A stretch of DNA of 64,000 nt from Zancudomyces culisetae HAW-14-8 (lineage: Eukaryota; Fungi; Kickxellomycota), in the NCBI GenBank assembly GCA_052426225.1, contig JBNJNM010000015.1, positions 1,798,001 through 1,862,000 of the forward strand. The letters run 5' to 3'. Of the stretch, positions 1-12,642 are shown in pieces. The notes below the pieces were generated by a model that was given only the letters and a program-made list of their open reading frames with translations, searched no databases and was not told the origin of the DNA. Each line of letters opens with the position of its first letter. The stretch's first letter is position 1. The position numbers and the translations under genes are program-made.

Positions 1-1171
1 CAATTAAATCAAAACTAAAATTTTTTTTCTGTAATGTAAAATAAAACGCAGTAAATACACATACTCTCCAAAGTGGTACAATAACAAATACACTATAAAA
101 AAATAAAGAAAAAAATCTCAGGCTAGGGATCTTTAAACAGAAAGAAAATAAAGGCGGGGAAGAATAAAAAGAAAAGGCTACGGGACTCAACTTTTCGAAA
201 TATGATTGTTTGTTAACTTTAGGGATGTTGTCCTTGATAAATATAGCAGTTACAAATGAGAGTGAGCCCAGTGCTGATAATCATAATACTAAATAACGAG
301 TACTAGCATATTGAAATCGAAAGAAACGATCCTTAAGGCGATATAAAAATATACAGAAATTAAAAACAAACGAGGTAAAGTGAATTTAACTACATTTAAC
401 TTTCATTAGAACAGAAACAAGTATGCCGATAATACCAAGGAGGCTGGTTTTGATTATAGCCTTTTAAATAAGTGGGAGGTAGGAGAACTGTGAAATGAGT
501 CACGCAATACTAATGGGTATCATTAGAAACCATATATTTACCAAAATAAAGAGAAAAAAAAAGTGTACTTTTGAGTGTTGTTTCGATGTTGGATATACAA
601 TTTATAACCTACTCGTTTGTAATTTATGGAGGAATGATATTTAAATATTTAAAAGAAATTGCATTGCAAATACAAAAAAGGAGATTTTTGGTTAATTTAA
701 GTTTGAACCAATAAATTGAAATTTGGGTGAACTTTTGGGCATTATCAAGCGATGAATGGTATAAAATTATAGACCAAAAGTTGAGCATAGTACATATAAC
801 TGAATGTGAATAAGGGGGAGTATATTGACTGAGATTATAAGAATATATACTTTACAAAATTTTATACAAACAGTCTTTCACGAGGAACATTTTTAATTAT
901 TGATAATTATTGGTATTTCAAAACACTTGACTTTGCTTAAATCAACAGTTTTCTAATCGATATGTGTAAGATATATGTTCCGAAAACTTGCACAATCTTT
1001 TTGTTTAAAAAAAAGTGCAAGAAAGATGTAAAGGTGGAATTACTTTTAAGCTTATTAATTTAATACGATAATGGAAAAAACACAAAAAACACTCATTCAT
1101 TTTATCAAAGCATTTAACTAATATTAAAGATATTTAATGCAAATTTTAAATAGGAGGGTACCCAAATAAAG

Positions 1172-4100
1172 ATGAGCTTCCTAAATTCATGGAAAAATCT
1201 AACAAAGAAGAACAAAAAGAGTTCAGAAAAGGATAAATCCAAACGATGGGAAATGGATAATACCTTTCAAGACGGACGAACTTCGAAATATTATGAACTT
1301 GAAGCAGAAGCGAAGCCAAAAACAGAAAAGGTAGATTTTTAAATTACATTTTAGTTTCGCATAACAGAATAAAGATACAACATGTCTTTAGATCAGATTT
1401 TATTGATTAAGCGCTATATAAAATATCACACCCCCTTTTTTTGGAATGTAAAAAGCGAGAAAAATAGTGATAATGGAAATATAGACTGATTTTAGCAATT
1501 TAAATGAAATAGATTAAAGTGTCATGTATATGCTGTGGAAAGTAAGATATTTGGTGAAGCCTATATTTGAACGAGGATTGTGTAGTTTTAATTTAGCTTT
1601 TATTTTGGTTTTTTTTTCCCCAAAAACTAAAATAACGCATAACTGTTGATATAGAGTCAGAAAAGTATCTAGAGGGGAAAAGGCGTTTGAATGTACTATA
1701 TGCAATACCTTCACAAGGATTTACGATAATCGCGGAAAACGACACGAAGGCAGTCTAGTTGAGAATGAAGGTAATTTTAATTCAAGTGTTTAATTAAAAG
1801 ATATAGAAGGGTAGCAATAATAGAGATTTTATGAATGGAATAGCTCAAAAAAAGCCAGTGTTGACGCTATCACGATTGAAAGCAGGAGTGAAGGCATGTA
1901 AGAGGCAAGGCGAAAAAATAGAATTACTGGAGACAATGATACGAGAATCTTTTTCAGATAGCACAGTATTAAGCGAGTCGTTTTTGAATGGAAAGACACT
2001 GGAAGAAAAAGAACCGGGAATAGACTGGGAGCAAGTGAAGGAGAGCTACAGACTGATACTGGGGTTACCTCCACGGATAGGAAAGGCCATGCTTGAGGGA
2101 ACAGAGCTAGCATTAATAGATCCAGGGATTCCTTTGAGAAAACGCAAAGATTTGCGATTTTTGCTTATAATTTTAGAAAATCCATATTTAAAGTACATGG
2201 GTACCAACAAAAAGGCATATAGAATTTTTCAGAGACTTACGGGAATTATAGTTAATTTACCAGAAAAGCTGTATAACACTATAATGCTGTGGATGTCAGA
2301 ACGAAAGACACTGTGTTTGGAAAATATGGTGAAAACAACAAAGCAATATATAGATATTCTTGTAAAAATACAGACAGGGGCACAGTGGGGGAATGAAGGT
2401 ATCCAAGAAAAAATACCATTAAATCACGGCAAAGCAAAAGTAGGCGCTAAACCACAAAGGAGGACAATGGTTAATAATGATAGTGGTTCAAGCAATTCAA
2501 ACTTATCCAAACTCATCGACAGGAGTAAAAAAGTCGAAAAAAAACAAAGGGAGATTATAGAAACAGGACCTCAAAGAAGTGGAAGTAGTACCAGTTTGAA
2601 GTTCAAAGACGTTGGTATCGAAATGAAAGGGAATGATAAAGCAACTTTGAATGGGTTAAGTGAAAATAATGAAAAGATCTCGTCTGTGTCAGGTTCAAAG
2701 CAGGTTCAGATTAAAAAAGAGGGAAAAAATTCTAATAATGGTACAAAAAAACTGGGAAAAGACGCAGAAAAAGCAATAATGTATTCTATGGACAGAGGTA
2801 TTTCAATTGAGACACCCAGTGAACAAGGTATGGGAAGAACGAAGAGAGAGGAAAGCGGAGAGGAAAAAGATACGGAAAAGGGAAAGGAACCCAAAGGTGA
2901 AAGCAAAAGCAAAATCAAAAATAAAAGCAAAAACAAAAACTTACACGATGTCAAAGAGGATTATAGTGATGTCTTTGGAGAGTTTTTGGATAGCGAGAAT
3001 AAAAAAATTTTCGATAATCCAATTTCACTAAATTTACAAGATTCGTCTCTTGGAAAAAGCAACGAAGAGGATAATAGCATAGAAATTGGAACGGATTTAA
3101 AGAAGAATCCGACAAGAACCCGAGGCATTTCAACACCAAACCGATGTCTCGGAGAGGGAAAAGAGCCAGAAATAGATTTTGAGGAGTGGCTGAGAATGAA
3201 AGGAGAAAGCTCGACATCGTTCTCCAGCAGCAATTCCAAGTCGAAGATCGTCAATCAAAATATGGGAACAACGTATGAACACAGTTCTGAGTATTCAAGC
3301 CAGCATCCAGATTCTGTTTCATTATCTGACATTGGACTTTTGTCGGTTTCCAATAAACCTAAAAAGAAATTTGAGAATGACGAAAATGTTTTTAACATTA
3401 AAATGATGAACGACTTGTCATTTGGCAGCATTGATTCACAAATCACAAAGAGCTTTAACAATACCCGGCCAGTGTATAGACCGGGTAAAGTTTCTGACCA
3501 TACAACACACCAACAGGGAAACCCAATAGCAATCAACCAAAGGCAAGATAAATTATCTGCTCCTTATAACGACCTAAAAACTATTTCGCGATCGTTTTCA
3601 AAGCCAGAACAGATAAATATGACATGTTTAACGCCAGTCTCTCCTTCAACAGCTGGTTCTAACGATGTAATGGTTAAACAACCAGTTTCCAGCAGGACTA
3701 ATGGTACCCCCGATAATAATGGTAAAAACATTACGGGTCATAAAAATCGAAATTCGTTGTGTGGGTTTACTGAAACTGAAAAACTACGAAGAAGCAATTT
3801 TTTGAACACCGATACTGAATTTGCACTTGATTTTTCTAAACCAAAAAAAAGTCAACCAAACTTACATAATCAACACAATCGGATTCCACTGCATACAAGA
3901 AATGGAATTAGGAACAGAGATACAATATTTCAAAACGAAAATCGGACCACTTTTATGCGAACAAACCAACACCAAGGTATCAGAAAAAACAGCACTATTC
4001 TTGGAAGTAATACGCCGATTTCGACTGGAGGCGGTAGTGGAGGATTGTCCTTTACCGACTATGTGGTTGGAGACGATGGAATATTTTACCCAAAGACATA

Positions 4101-5709
4101 CTCCAAGCTGTTTCATGGTGATTGTTGGGCTCTAACTGCTGCATCAAAGGCTATGGAGCTGTTTTATCTTTCAAACTCTTTGCGCTCTTCGAAAAGGAGA
4201 CTTCCCGAAAATCTATTTTTGAGTAATGAGCTTGTTAAATTAGACCTAACCACCGATTTTTTGGCACTTCAACGTGCTCAACAAAAGAAACACTCTGGAT
4301 TTTCTATCTGCCAATATCCATTTTTAATCAGCTTATCATCCAAAGTCAAAATATTAAATGACGACACCGCCAGACAAATGAAACTTCATGTCAAGGACGC
4401 ACTAATTGATGCCATATTTATGAATCCGCGGCCTGTAACCAACTTTTATGAAGCAGACTCTCCATCAAATAGTTCTGATCATTTATACGGCCACGCAAAG
4501 ACGTTGAGGTTAATGTTGAATGTTCGTCGATCTTGTTTAGCTGATGATTCTCTGCGCCAGCTTTCTACTTTGGAAGCTGACCTTAAAAAGCCACTCAAAA
4601 TTAACTTTGTTGGTGAAGATGGCGTAGATGCTGGTGGGCTAACCAAGGAATGGTTCATGTTACTGGTGCGTGAGCTGACCAATCCTCTCAACGCAATGTT
4701 TTTTGTTCAGCCAGACTCGCCACAATCGGCTCTCTGGTTCAATCCTGCATCACTAGAAAGCAGCGACCAGTACTTTTTGTTTGGCGTTGTTGTCGGCCTT
4801 GCCATCTACAATGGCTCTGTTTTGGATTTATCCTTTCCTCGTGCTGTTTACAAAAAACTCTTGGATCTAAATACATACGATTTACATTCTATTTTATCCA
4901 GAAACCCCGTCGCGCCTCCCCCTCGCAAGCACCTTCGTGTCGGCTACTCGTCTTTATACAAACTTTCCTCTGCTCTTTCCTTGGTTTCTTCATTTACGCG
5001 TGCTCGTTTACAGCTCTCAGAAATGCTTGATGATCTTGCTGAATTCAATCCTGGGCTTGTCAGAGGCTTTCGTGCTCTTCTTGCCTACCCAAACGACGAT
5101 GTCCAAGACGTATTTTGTCTGACCTTTGAAGCATCGTACGATGCCTTTGGTGATCCTGTTTGTGTTCCCCTCGTTGAAAACGGTCATCAAATCCTTGTTA
5201 CCAGAGAAAACCGCTACGAATACGTTCAGCGATACTGCCATTGGTGGCTCGACACTGCCATCGCAAGACAGTTTGAGCCCTTCCGCCGCGGGTTTTACCT
5301 TGTTTGTGGAGGCCCTGCTCTGTGCCTCTTTCTTGCTTCTGAACTTGAACTTCTTGTCAGAGGCTCTGAAGCCCCCATTTCTGTTTCTGACCTTAAGTCC
5401 ATAGCCGAATACACTTCAATTTCTGAATCAGATCCTTTAATTGCTAATTTATGGTCTATTGTAGAAGAACTTGATCCAAACCTGCGAAGACAATTTTTTG
5501 CTTTTATCACTGGAAACAACCGCATGCCTTCTTCCGCCCACCCCCGCATCAAACTCAAAATTGTCCTTCTAGGAGACGACGAAACTAGGCTACCCATAGC
5601 TAGGACGTGCTTCAATCAATTAGGAATTTACAGTTATTCCACTATTGAATTGTTCAGGGATAAGCTGCTTACTGCGATTTGCAATAGCTCTGGCTTTGCG
5701 TTGAAATAA
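1172..5709 (+). CDS. HECT-type E3 ubiquitin ligase (Hul4/Mug30/HECTD2-like). Predicted exons 1172-1330, 1513-1541, 1655-1770, 1844-5709
   Basis: C-terminal HECT domain in ORF 1831-5709 (LKKPLKINFVGEDGVDAGGLTKEWF ... RLPIARTCFNQL with catalytic Cys). Three upstream GT-AG-bounded exons splice in frame and add an N-terminal CICC...FECTIC Cys cluster. Confidence 0.9.
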
Positions 5710-6208
5710 TATGTTTTTCACTATCCCATTTTTTCCTGCTTTTTTGCTATTTACATTTATTTATATTAATATTGATATTGATACTTACATTGATTTTTTA
5801 ATCATTTATCGCAATAGCTGGCATACCTCTCAATTCTTTTTATATATATTGATGTTGTTATAATCGATACTTTCTTTTACGTTATTACTTCTCATCTCCC
5901 CATCTCAATCAACTTTTATGGATCTCCTTAGTAAACTAGTATTAAATTTTGTTTTTATCACCTACATGTTATATATCTTGATCAGCTATCTAATGAATAA
6001 TACACTTAATATAAAACATGTACTTTTTATTGAAAATTCTATCAAGTAAAGAAATAACAGCCCAAAAATCACTTTAACTACAATAAATTATAACAAGGAA
6101 AACAGAAACAGAAACGGTGTGAAAACTATACAATCAACACATTTCCCCCAAAGTTAACTTCAGCAAGAAAAAAAAATAAAAATCCACTTTCACAAATCAG
6201 TCGCAAAA

Positions 6209-6670
6209 TCACTGTTCAAGGTCATCAGCAGGTATGTTGTTGGTATCTACCGGTGTGTAATGGACTCGTGCTCGCTTTGTCTTGCTAGACATACCAGCAT
6301 ATACGGTTCTTCCCCATAACTCTTGTTTATCTGTTCCTGAAATTGCCGAGGAAAGAATTGATTCCATCTGTTTGAATTCTTGCTCGCTCGGGAATTGTTG
6401 ATATGAAGCTTCGTATGATCCGGGTAATGGTCGTTCCCCAACAGAATAACTGACAAATGCATATCCTTTGTGTCGACCGTCGGGGTATTTAGGAAGTCCT
6501 ATGTGATTTATACTTCCGAATTGATTGAAATGTGTAAAGAGCTTATCTTCGGTTATATCCCATGGTAATCCCTTGATATGGAGACAGGCACAGCAAAATG
6601 TGCGTTTGGAAGCGCAGTTTAAAAATCCAGTGAGTTTGCTTGCTGATCTGCCTGTTCTTAATACATTCAT
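6209..6670 (-). CDS. Single-RRM RNA-binding protein, probably mitochondrial
   Basis: RNP2 LHIKGL and RNP1 KGYAFVSY. The N-terminus is Arg/Ser/Thr-rich with no acidic residues, like a presequence. Confidence 0.8.
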   Translation of the reverse strand: MNVLRTGRSASKLTGFLNCASKRTFCCACLHIKGLPWDITEDKLFTHFNQFGSINHIGLPKYPDGRHKGYAFVSYSVGERPLPGSYEASYQQFPSEQEFKQMESILSSAISGTDKQELWGRTVYAGMSSKTKRARVHYTPVDTNNIPADDLEQ

Positions 6671-7120
6671 TTCTATCGTCGTTGTTATATAAATGTGTTT
6701 TCAATTCGATTTCTATGAGATTACAATGATATTTTTTATTTCTTCTGATTCACTTTGGTAACCAAAATTAAGATCACCAACCAAGATAGGAAAAAAAATA
6801 TTTTCCTTTTTTTTTTTTTTTTTTAGAGGTGTTGAAAATGTTTATGAAATCAGGTAACAAATTAAATCCATTTTAGCTTGTGGTATTATTCGTTACTACA
6901 CCCAACTCTCGCTCACCAATATTGGCTTTCATAGTCTCATTAAGCACCATTGGTTTCAGAAAATTTGTGGTTTTGTTTACATATCTTAATTGTATTTAAG
7001 GAAGCAAACAATAAAATAAAAATTCAATCTTCTGTAAATGATAATTTATAAAAAAAAAACTATCCATACTTTGAAGCCAGTACAATTAACACACTTGGGT
7101 ATACCAACCAAAGGCATATA

Positions 7121-7984
7121 ATGCTTAAAACATTCTCAATAACCAAGGATATAACCAGCCTAGGTCTCAATATTACTAGAACTAAAACCCGAATTGATAA
7201 ATTCACTACTCTTAAAAGAACAATGTCAGCAGCTAACCCAAAACCTACGCCCTTCCAACGCTGTTCCGTTCTTGTACCTCAATCCAGCGGTTATTTTAAT
7301 AGCGTAAATACAAACAGGAGCGTCATATATGGGTGCGGAGCCGGTGTTTCTCGAGGTTTTTTTACATTTACAGGCTTTCCTTCTAATATGCTTGGCGAAA
7401 AGCACAATTACGATACAAAGACTGGTAGATATTATTCAACTAGTCCAACAAACAATCCAGCTGATCCTACACAACCCGAAATTTCCGAGAAAGAGCCAAA
7501 AAAAGACACAGGGAATACAGATAATAATAGCAATCCACAGGATTCCAAACCAAAACCCAAGAAAAACACGTTCGAGTACTACAAATCGCAATTCAAATCC
7601 AAACCCGGATCACATCTCGTTTCCTTCCTATTGCTGCATGAACTTACCGCCATCCTACCCATCTTTTTGATATACTACTATCTCAAACTCACTGACTATC
7701 AATTCGATTTTTTGTTTAACTTTTCATCCTCACAATTATCCGAATATGTTGTGGAATCCTGCAACAGATTTTTCAACAAACTCCGTGGTTATTTTGGTTT
7801 TGGTGAACTACCATCGAATGACCTAACCATGGTTCGACTTGTTGCCAGTTATGCAATTGTCAAGACACTTCTTCCACTACGCCTGGCTGCTTGTGTTTTA
7901 CTTACTCCATTTTTCTCTAAGTTCTTTATTGACCCTATTACTAGTGTGTTTAGACGCATTTTTGTATTCTCCTTTAGAAAATAG
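7121..7984 (+). CDS. FLILHELTA-family (Mrx11-like) mitochondrial membrane protein
   Basis: Signature SFLLLHELTAILP, then ASYAIVKTLLPLRLAACVLLTPFF. Basic presequence-like N-terminus. Confidence 0.8.
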   Translation: MLKTFSITKDITSLGLNITRTKTRIDKFTTLKRTMSAANPKPTPFQRCSVLVPQSSGYFNSVNTNRSVIYGCGAGVSRGFFTFTGFPSNMLGEKHNYDTKTGRYYSTSPTNNPADPTQPEISEKEPKKDTGNTDNNSNPQDSKPKPKKNTFEYYKSQFKSKPGSHLVSFLLLHELTAILPIFLIYYYLKLTDYQFDFLFNFSSSQLSEYVVESCNRFFNKLRGYFGFGELPSNDLTMVRLVASYAIVKTLLPLRLAACVLLTPFFSKFFIDPITSVFRRIFVFSFRK

Positions 7985-8360
7985 ACTATTCTTTTCATTT
8001 CTCTCTTTCTCTCTCTCTCTCTCTCTTCCCTCCCACTTATGCTGTTTCTAACTTACCATCTTTTTTTAAAACTAATGAAAATGTAAAAAAAAAGGTTAAA
8101 CCAAGTATACGAGAATATTCAAGCTACTACCAACAACCCCCCATATAAATACAACCCCCCCCCCCCCCCCTCCTCCCTCTTTGGTTATTCCCAACCCTGA
8201 TATCTACTATATTACAATACATCAAATAAAATGTAGAGTATTGATTTCACGAATCCTTTTGCTGTAATTGCGTAAATACACTCTTTTTTTATTTAAATAT
8301 TCCTAAACTAAACAAAAACGCTTACAAAAACAAGTTAAATATCAATACTAGTGGAAAGAA

Positions 8361-9716
8361 TCAAAATGTCTCTTCTTCTTGTCCCTCATCCTCTTCTTTT
8401 ACCTGCTCCAACCCATGATATGTCCCGTTATAGCCACTAGTATCCATTTCACTTCCATTTACTAGTTCGGAATCTTGTCCCGTCATCATATCCGCCTAAT
8501 TTATTGTTTAGTTATTGTTATTATTAATTATAATATTCCAAGCCTAAACACCACCAAAGTAAATAAGAAGGGTGTAGAGAAAGTAGGGGAGGTAAAAGAA
8601 GAGAGTGTGAAGATTAAATGATAGCAATAATAAAAATATAATAAATGGGAACAAACCTCTCCATCGTTATATATAGCGTCTTGTAATCGTTGCACCAAAG
8701 CCTTTATTTCAGTATTTTCGCTCTTTTCTTCTAAATTCAAAATCGACTCGACGCTCAGTAGCTTGTTGTAATAATACGCTCTTTCCTGCTCCGAAGTTCC
8801 AAGAAGTGATTTCAGTTCTTCTATCTGGCGGTGTGCATCTGCTAATGCCGCTGTGTTTGCTGTGGAATTTGCACCACCAGCACTACCGGGACCAGGTCGA
8901 GATACAGGTGCCTTTGCAGCGCGATTTGTGCTGGCCGATGTCGGAGTAGTCCTTGATATACCGCCTATGTTGTTTAAAATAAATCATAAAATAAATAACA
9001 TTCGCAAGTGTTGATTTTTTTTTTAGCCTTCATACTAGTTTAAAATAAACTATTTACCAGTACGGTTTGTAGTTCTAGGTGCAGATCTAACGGAACTTGA
9101 TGAACTTAGGGGTCGTGGACTTGGCTGGCTACGTGTTTCAAGCTGCATCCCCTTTCTTCTTGCTTCCGCATCATAGTGCCCTCCTTGGTAGTGTGTATCC
9201 CAATAGGCTTTAAGAAATTGAAGCAGTTCAAAGTTGTTTTGAAATTTAAGTTCCATCAACTTTTGGGTATTTAGGGGCTTTTCGATTCTGTGCTTCACAA
9301 ACAGATTCTGGAGAATCTTTAAATTGTTCATGTAATCGTAGGGAGTACTCGCGTTGAACTTTACCCGATTCATCGGAGTATCATCTATTGGCATAAAGGA
9401 ATTAATCAAAAAAGTTGACATTTAAATCTTGTAAAGAGCAATGTATCTAATGCTGAAAGTTATACTATTTCAACTGAAGCTCTACTTTATAATATATATT
9501 TTTCTACTTACGATAAATAGAATCTAGAATTTGGCAGTATGCGGCACCTATGGATATGTTTTTTAATTGTTGATTGTTACATTTATGCTAATAAAATTAA
9601 ACGGAGCAGATATGGAATAATAAAAAAGTACCTGAGCCTAATGATTCAATCTTTGTATAGTTGGTCTGAAGTAGATCATTTACCCACTGCAGCAATTCCT
9701 GACGACTCGCCGACAT
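8361..9716 (-). CDS. BIM1: EB1/Bim1/Mal3 microtubule plus-end binding protein, about 5 exons (9716-9632, 9547-9512, 9384-~9058, ~8964-~8655, ~8495-8361)
   Basis: Spliced translation begins MSASRQELLQWVNDLLQ...GAAYCQILDSIY...RVKFNA...FQNNFELLQFLKAYWD (CH domain), includes EB1 C-terminal ERAYYYNKL, and ends EETF-stop like yeast Bim1. Confidence 0.9.
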
Positions 9717-12642
9717 TTTGAACGTTCGAGATTGATAATTTTTTTCGATGAGGCTTTTTGATATTTGAGTGATAAATTATAATGTCTAAAATTTACAGTG
9801 TTTTAAATTATTTTAAACTAATTTTCAGTTTGCAATATATTCCAGCTTTAATAAACATTAGAATTTTCAAATTGTACTTTTTTTTTATTACTAATTTTAA
9901 AAGAGAGTGAAATGGCCTTTATTTACAATAGCTGAATTTTCGGATTATTTTTAATTACTTTGTCCAATTATTTGATCAATCACGCTTTTCATGAAGAAAT
10001 TAATAGTTGTTTAGAATGGTTAATTTATTCAGACTTTTTTTTTTTAGCATTTTAATTGTTTGCAGATTATTGATAATAGAATTTCATCAAGTTGAAATTT
10101 ATCCAATTTTTATTTATTTGGGCTAATTGTAAATCCTAATTTTGAAATATTTCAGACAATTAAATCTTATCAAGAGGAAAAGGTGAGGTGAAAGTGGAGG
10201 AGGGGGAAACAATTCACACGATAATAAAAATAGATAAATAGGCACTGAAAATCGGTTGCGATTAGATATCCTACTAGAACACTAGGTAGGTTGTTGCATA
10301 CCAGAGTATTTGTTACTGATAACTAGTCACTATATCAATGAAACGAATCATGGTATAGCAATGTATTCATAATATTAAGGCTTGTGGCTTGACGTTGATA
10401 CATTGTATTTACAGCTGGAGTTTATCCTAATACTTTACCAAAAGCTCAACTAAGATAGTAAATGGCACATAAAATCTATGCGTAGTGGTAGTACTCATCT
10501 ATTACTTTTACTACAAGATGACTTTACCAACATGGGTAACACTGACACTCGCAAAACACAAAACACAAAACAATAGGTTTGGTTTGGTTTGATGTAGTTT
10601 ACTGCTAGTTTACTAGGGAGGCTAGAAAATTTTACTTGTTTAGATATAACAATAAAGGATACCCAATCTAGTCCAAGTAAAAGTATGGCTACTACTAGAT
10701 CATTTGAGTAAAAAAGCAAAAAAAAAAAAAAAAATACATTGAAAAATACTCTCCAAATTTCATCAATGCGAAAAAGTGACCTTAACCTCAAGTTTCAGTA
10801 ATCCCTGTACTCGTAGAATATCTAATGAGTTACAATTAAAAAGCAGTAATATCTGGAGAGGGAGAGGCAGGGGGAAGGAGAAGGGAGTGGAGGCAGTGGA
10901 TTGTACTTCTTACCTGCCAGCAAAGACTACAAACAAACTCAGAAATAAATCTATCGGAGAGGGGAAGGGGTTATTTCTTAAAACTTAGTCAGATGATACT
11001 CACCAGACATGGTAGTAGTTACTACTGTGTATTATGGGGTTGGGGGAATAATGGAGTCTGATATTCCATAATACACGATTGAGCTGTCGTCTCCAACTAT
11101 CGCAAGTGTAAACTTACACGCCCTATATTACCATTATCAATAGTTACAATTGACATTTCCAGTATTAGTTTTGTAAATTAATATGAATAGTGGATGATCG
11201 CGAAATAATTAAAACGTGAATTCAATGGTATTTATATTAAACGTGTTGTATTAATACTAATTATAATAACTTACGCTAGATCGACAAGGTTTGAGACCTT
11301 CAAGTAGCTGAATATATTTTCAAATCTATACATTAAACATATGGATACATATGTATATACAAGGCATCATGATAAACATTCATTAAAAAAAATAAAGAAA
11401 ATGGTATGGTATATTTACGTTGCCATTGACCACGATTCGGTATATCGTGAAGGAATAAAGCACATGGTTTCGCTATTCGGGTATTTAAACTGTGTGGCTT
11501 GTGCAATTTCATTTTCATCGTGGGGTTGTGTCAAAGTGTCGAATTCTTTTGCAGTTTTCTAATAGTAAATAGAGCGATAAATATATACGTAACAAGAATA
11601 AACAAGAATAAACAAGAATGTGGAGAGGAGGGGAGGGGGGGGGGGGGAAGAGAGAAAAGAGAGAAAGAAGTTACAGCTATTATCATGGGCCTGACAAGGC
11701 AGTCTGGACATGAATGCTTGTGTTCTTGATTATTTTCAAGATCCACATTTAAAGTACAATATTTCAAGTCTACAACTTGTATTTGGTCCTTTTCGTTATA
11801 ACCCTGGACTAAAAAAAAATATATTGAACAAGTCATTGTAGTATTTGAGAAAGAAAAAGAAAAAGAAAACATTTGAATTTTGTTTAAAACAAAAAATAAA
11901 GAAAACCAACTTGCCATAGACCAAATCTAGATAGAGTTGGAACAATTGATTCGAAAATGCAAAAGGATATTTGTTTAGAGTGTCTTTAAGTTCACTATAC
12001 TATATTGTAGTTTATTAATGTTATGAAGATAAAAAAAAGAAAGAGTTGGACAAGAGAAATACAACAGAGTATAAACAAATTCAAAGTACAAAGAGTACTA
12101 GAAAAAATAATTGGAGGTTCAGAATAGAGGTATAAGAAGAGGGTGGTTACCTTTGGGTGGAGTTCCATTTTTATATATTTTTCGTTTGTATAGTTGAATG
12201 TTGATTCATATATGATAATCTGGTACCAAACAATTTTAAATTGTAAAAGGCAGATCAGTAAAATAAAAAAATACTAGAAAGTGGAAAGTGAAAAGTGGAA
12301 AGTGGGTGAAGGGGAGGCAGAGAAGAAAAGAAAGAGAGAGAGAGAGAGAAAGATAATATTTTGACTTAAAAAGCCGAATTGGGCTAGAATAAGGAAATTA
12401 AAGTAATAGCGAATTAATGTTTGTTTTGGCAATTTACTAGTAAATATATTTTGATAGAAAAAATAAATAAATTTGTGTATATAATCCTTAAAAGAAAAAA
12501 CAGCATATAGTGGTTTAAGGGGAACATAAATCAATAATGCAAAAAGATAATAAAACAAAAACAAAAACAAAAAGGGATAGATTTTCTAGAAAGGATCAAA
12601 ATAGACTCGACAAAATAAAAGTGAAAAAAAAAAAGTGAAAAG

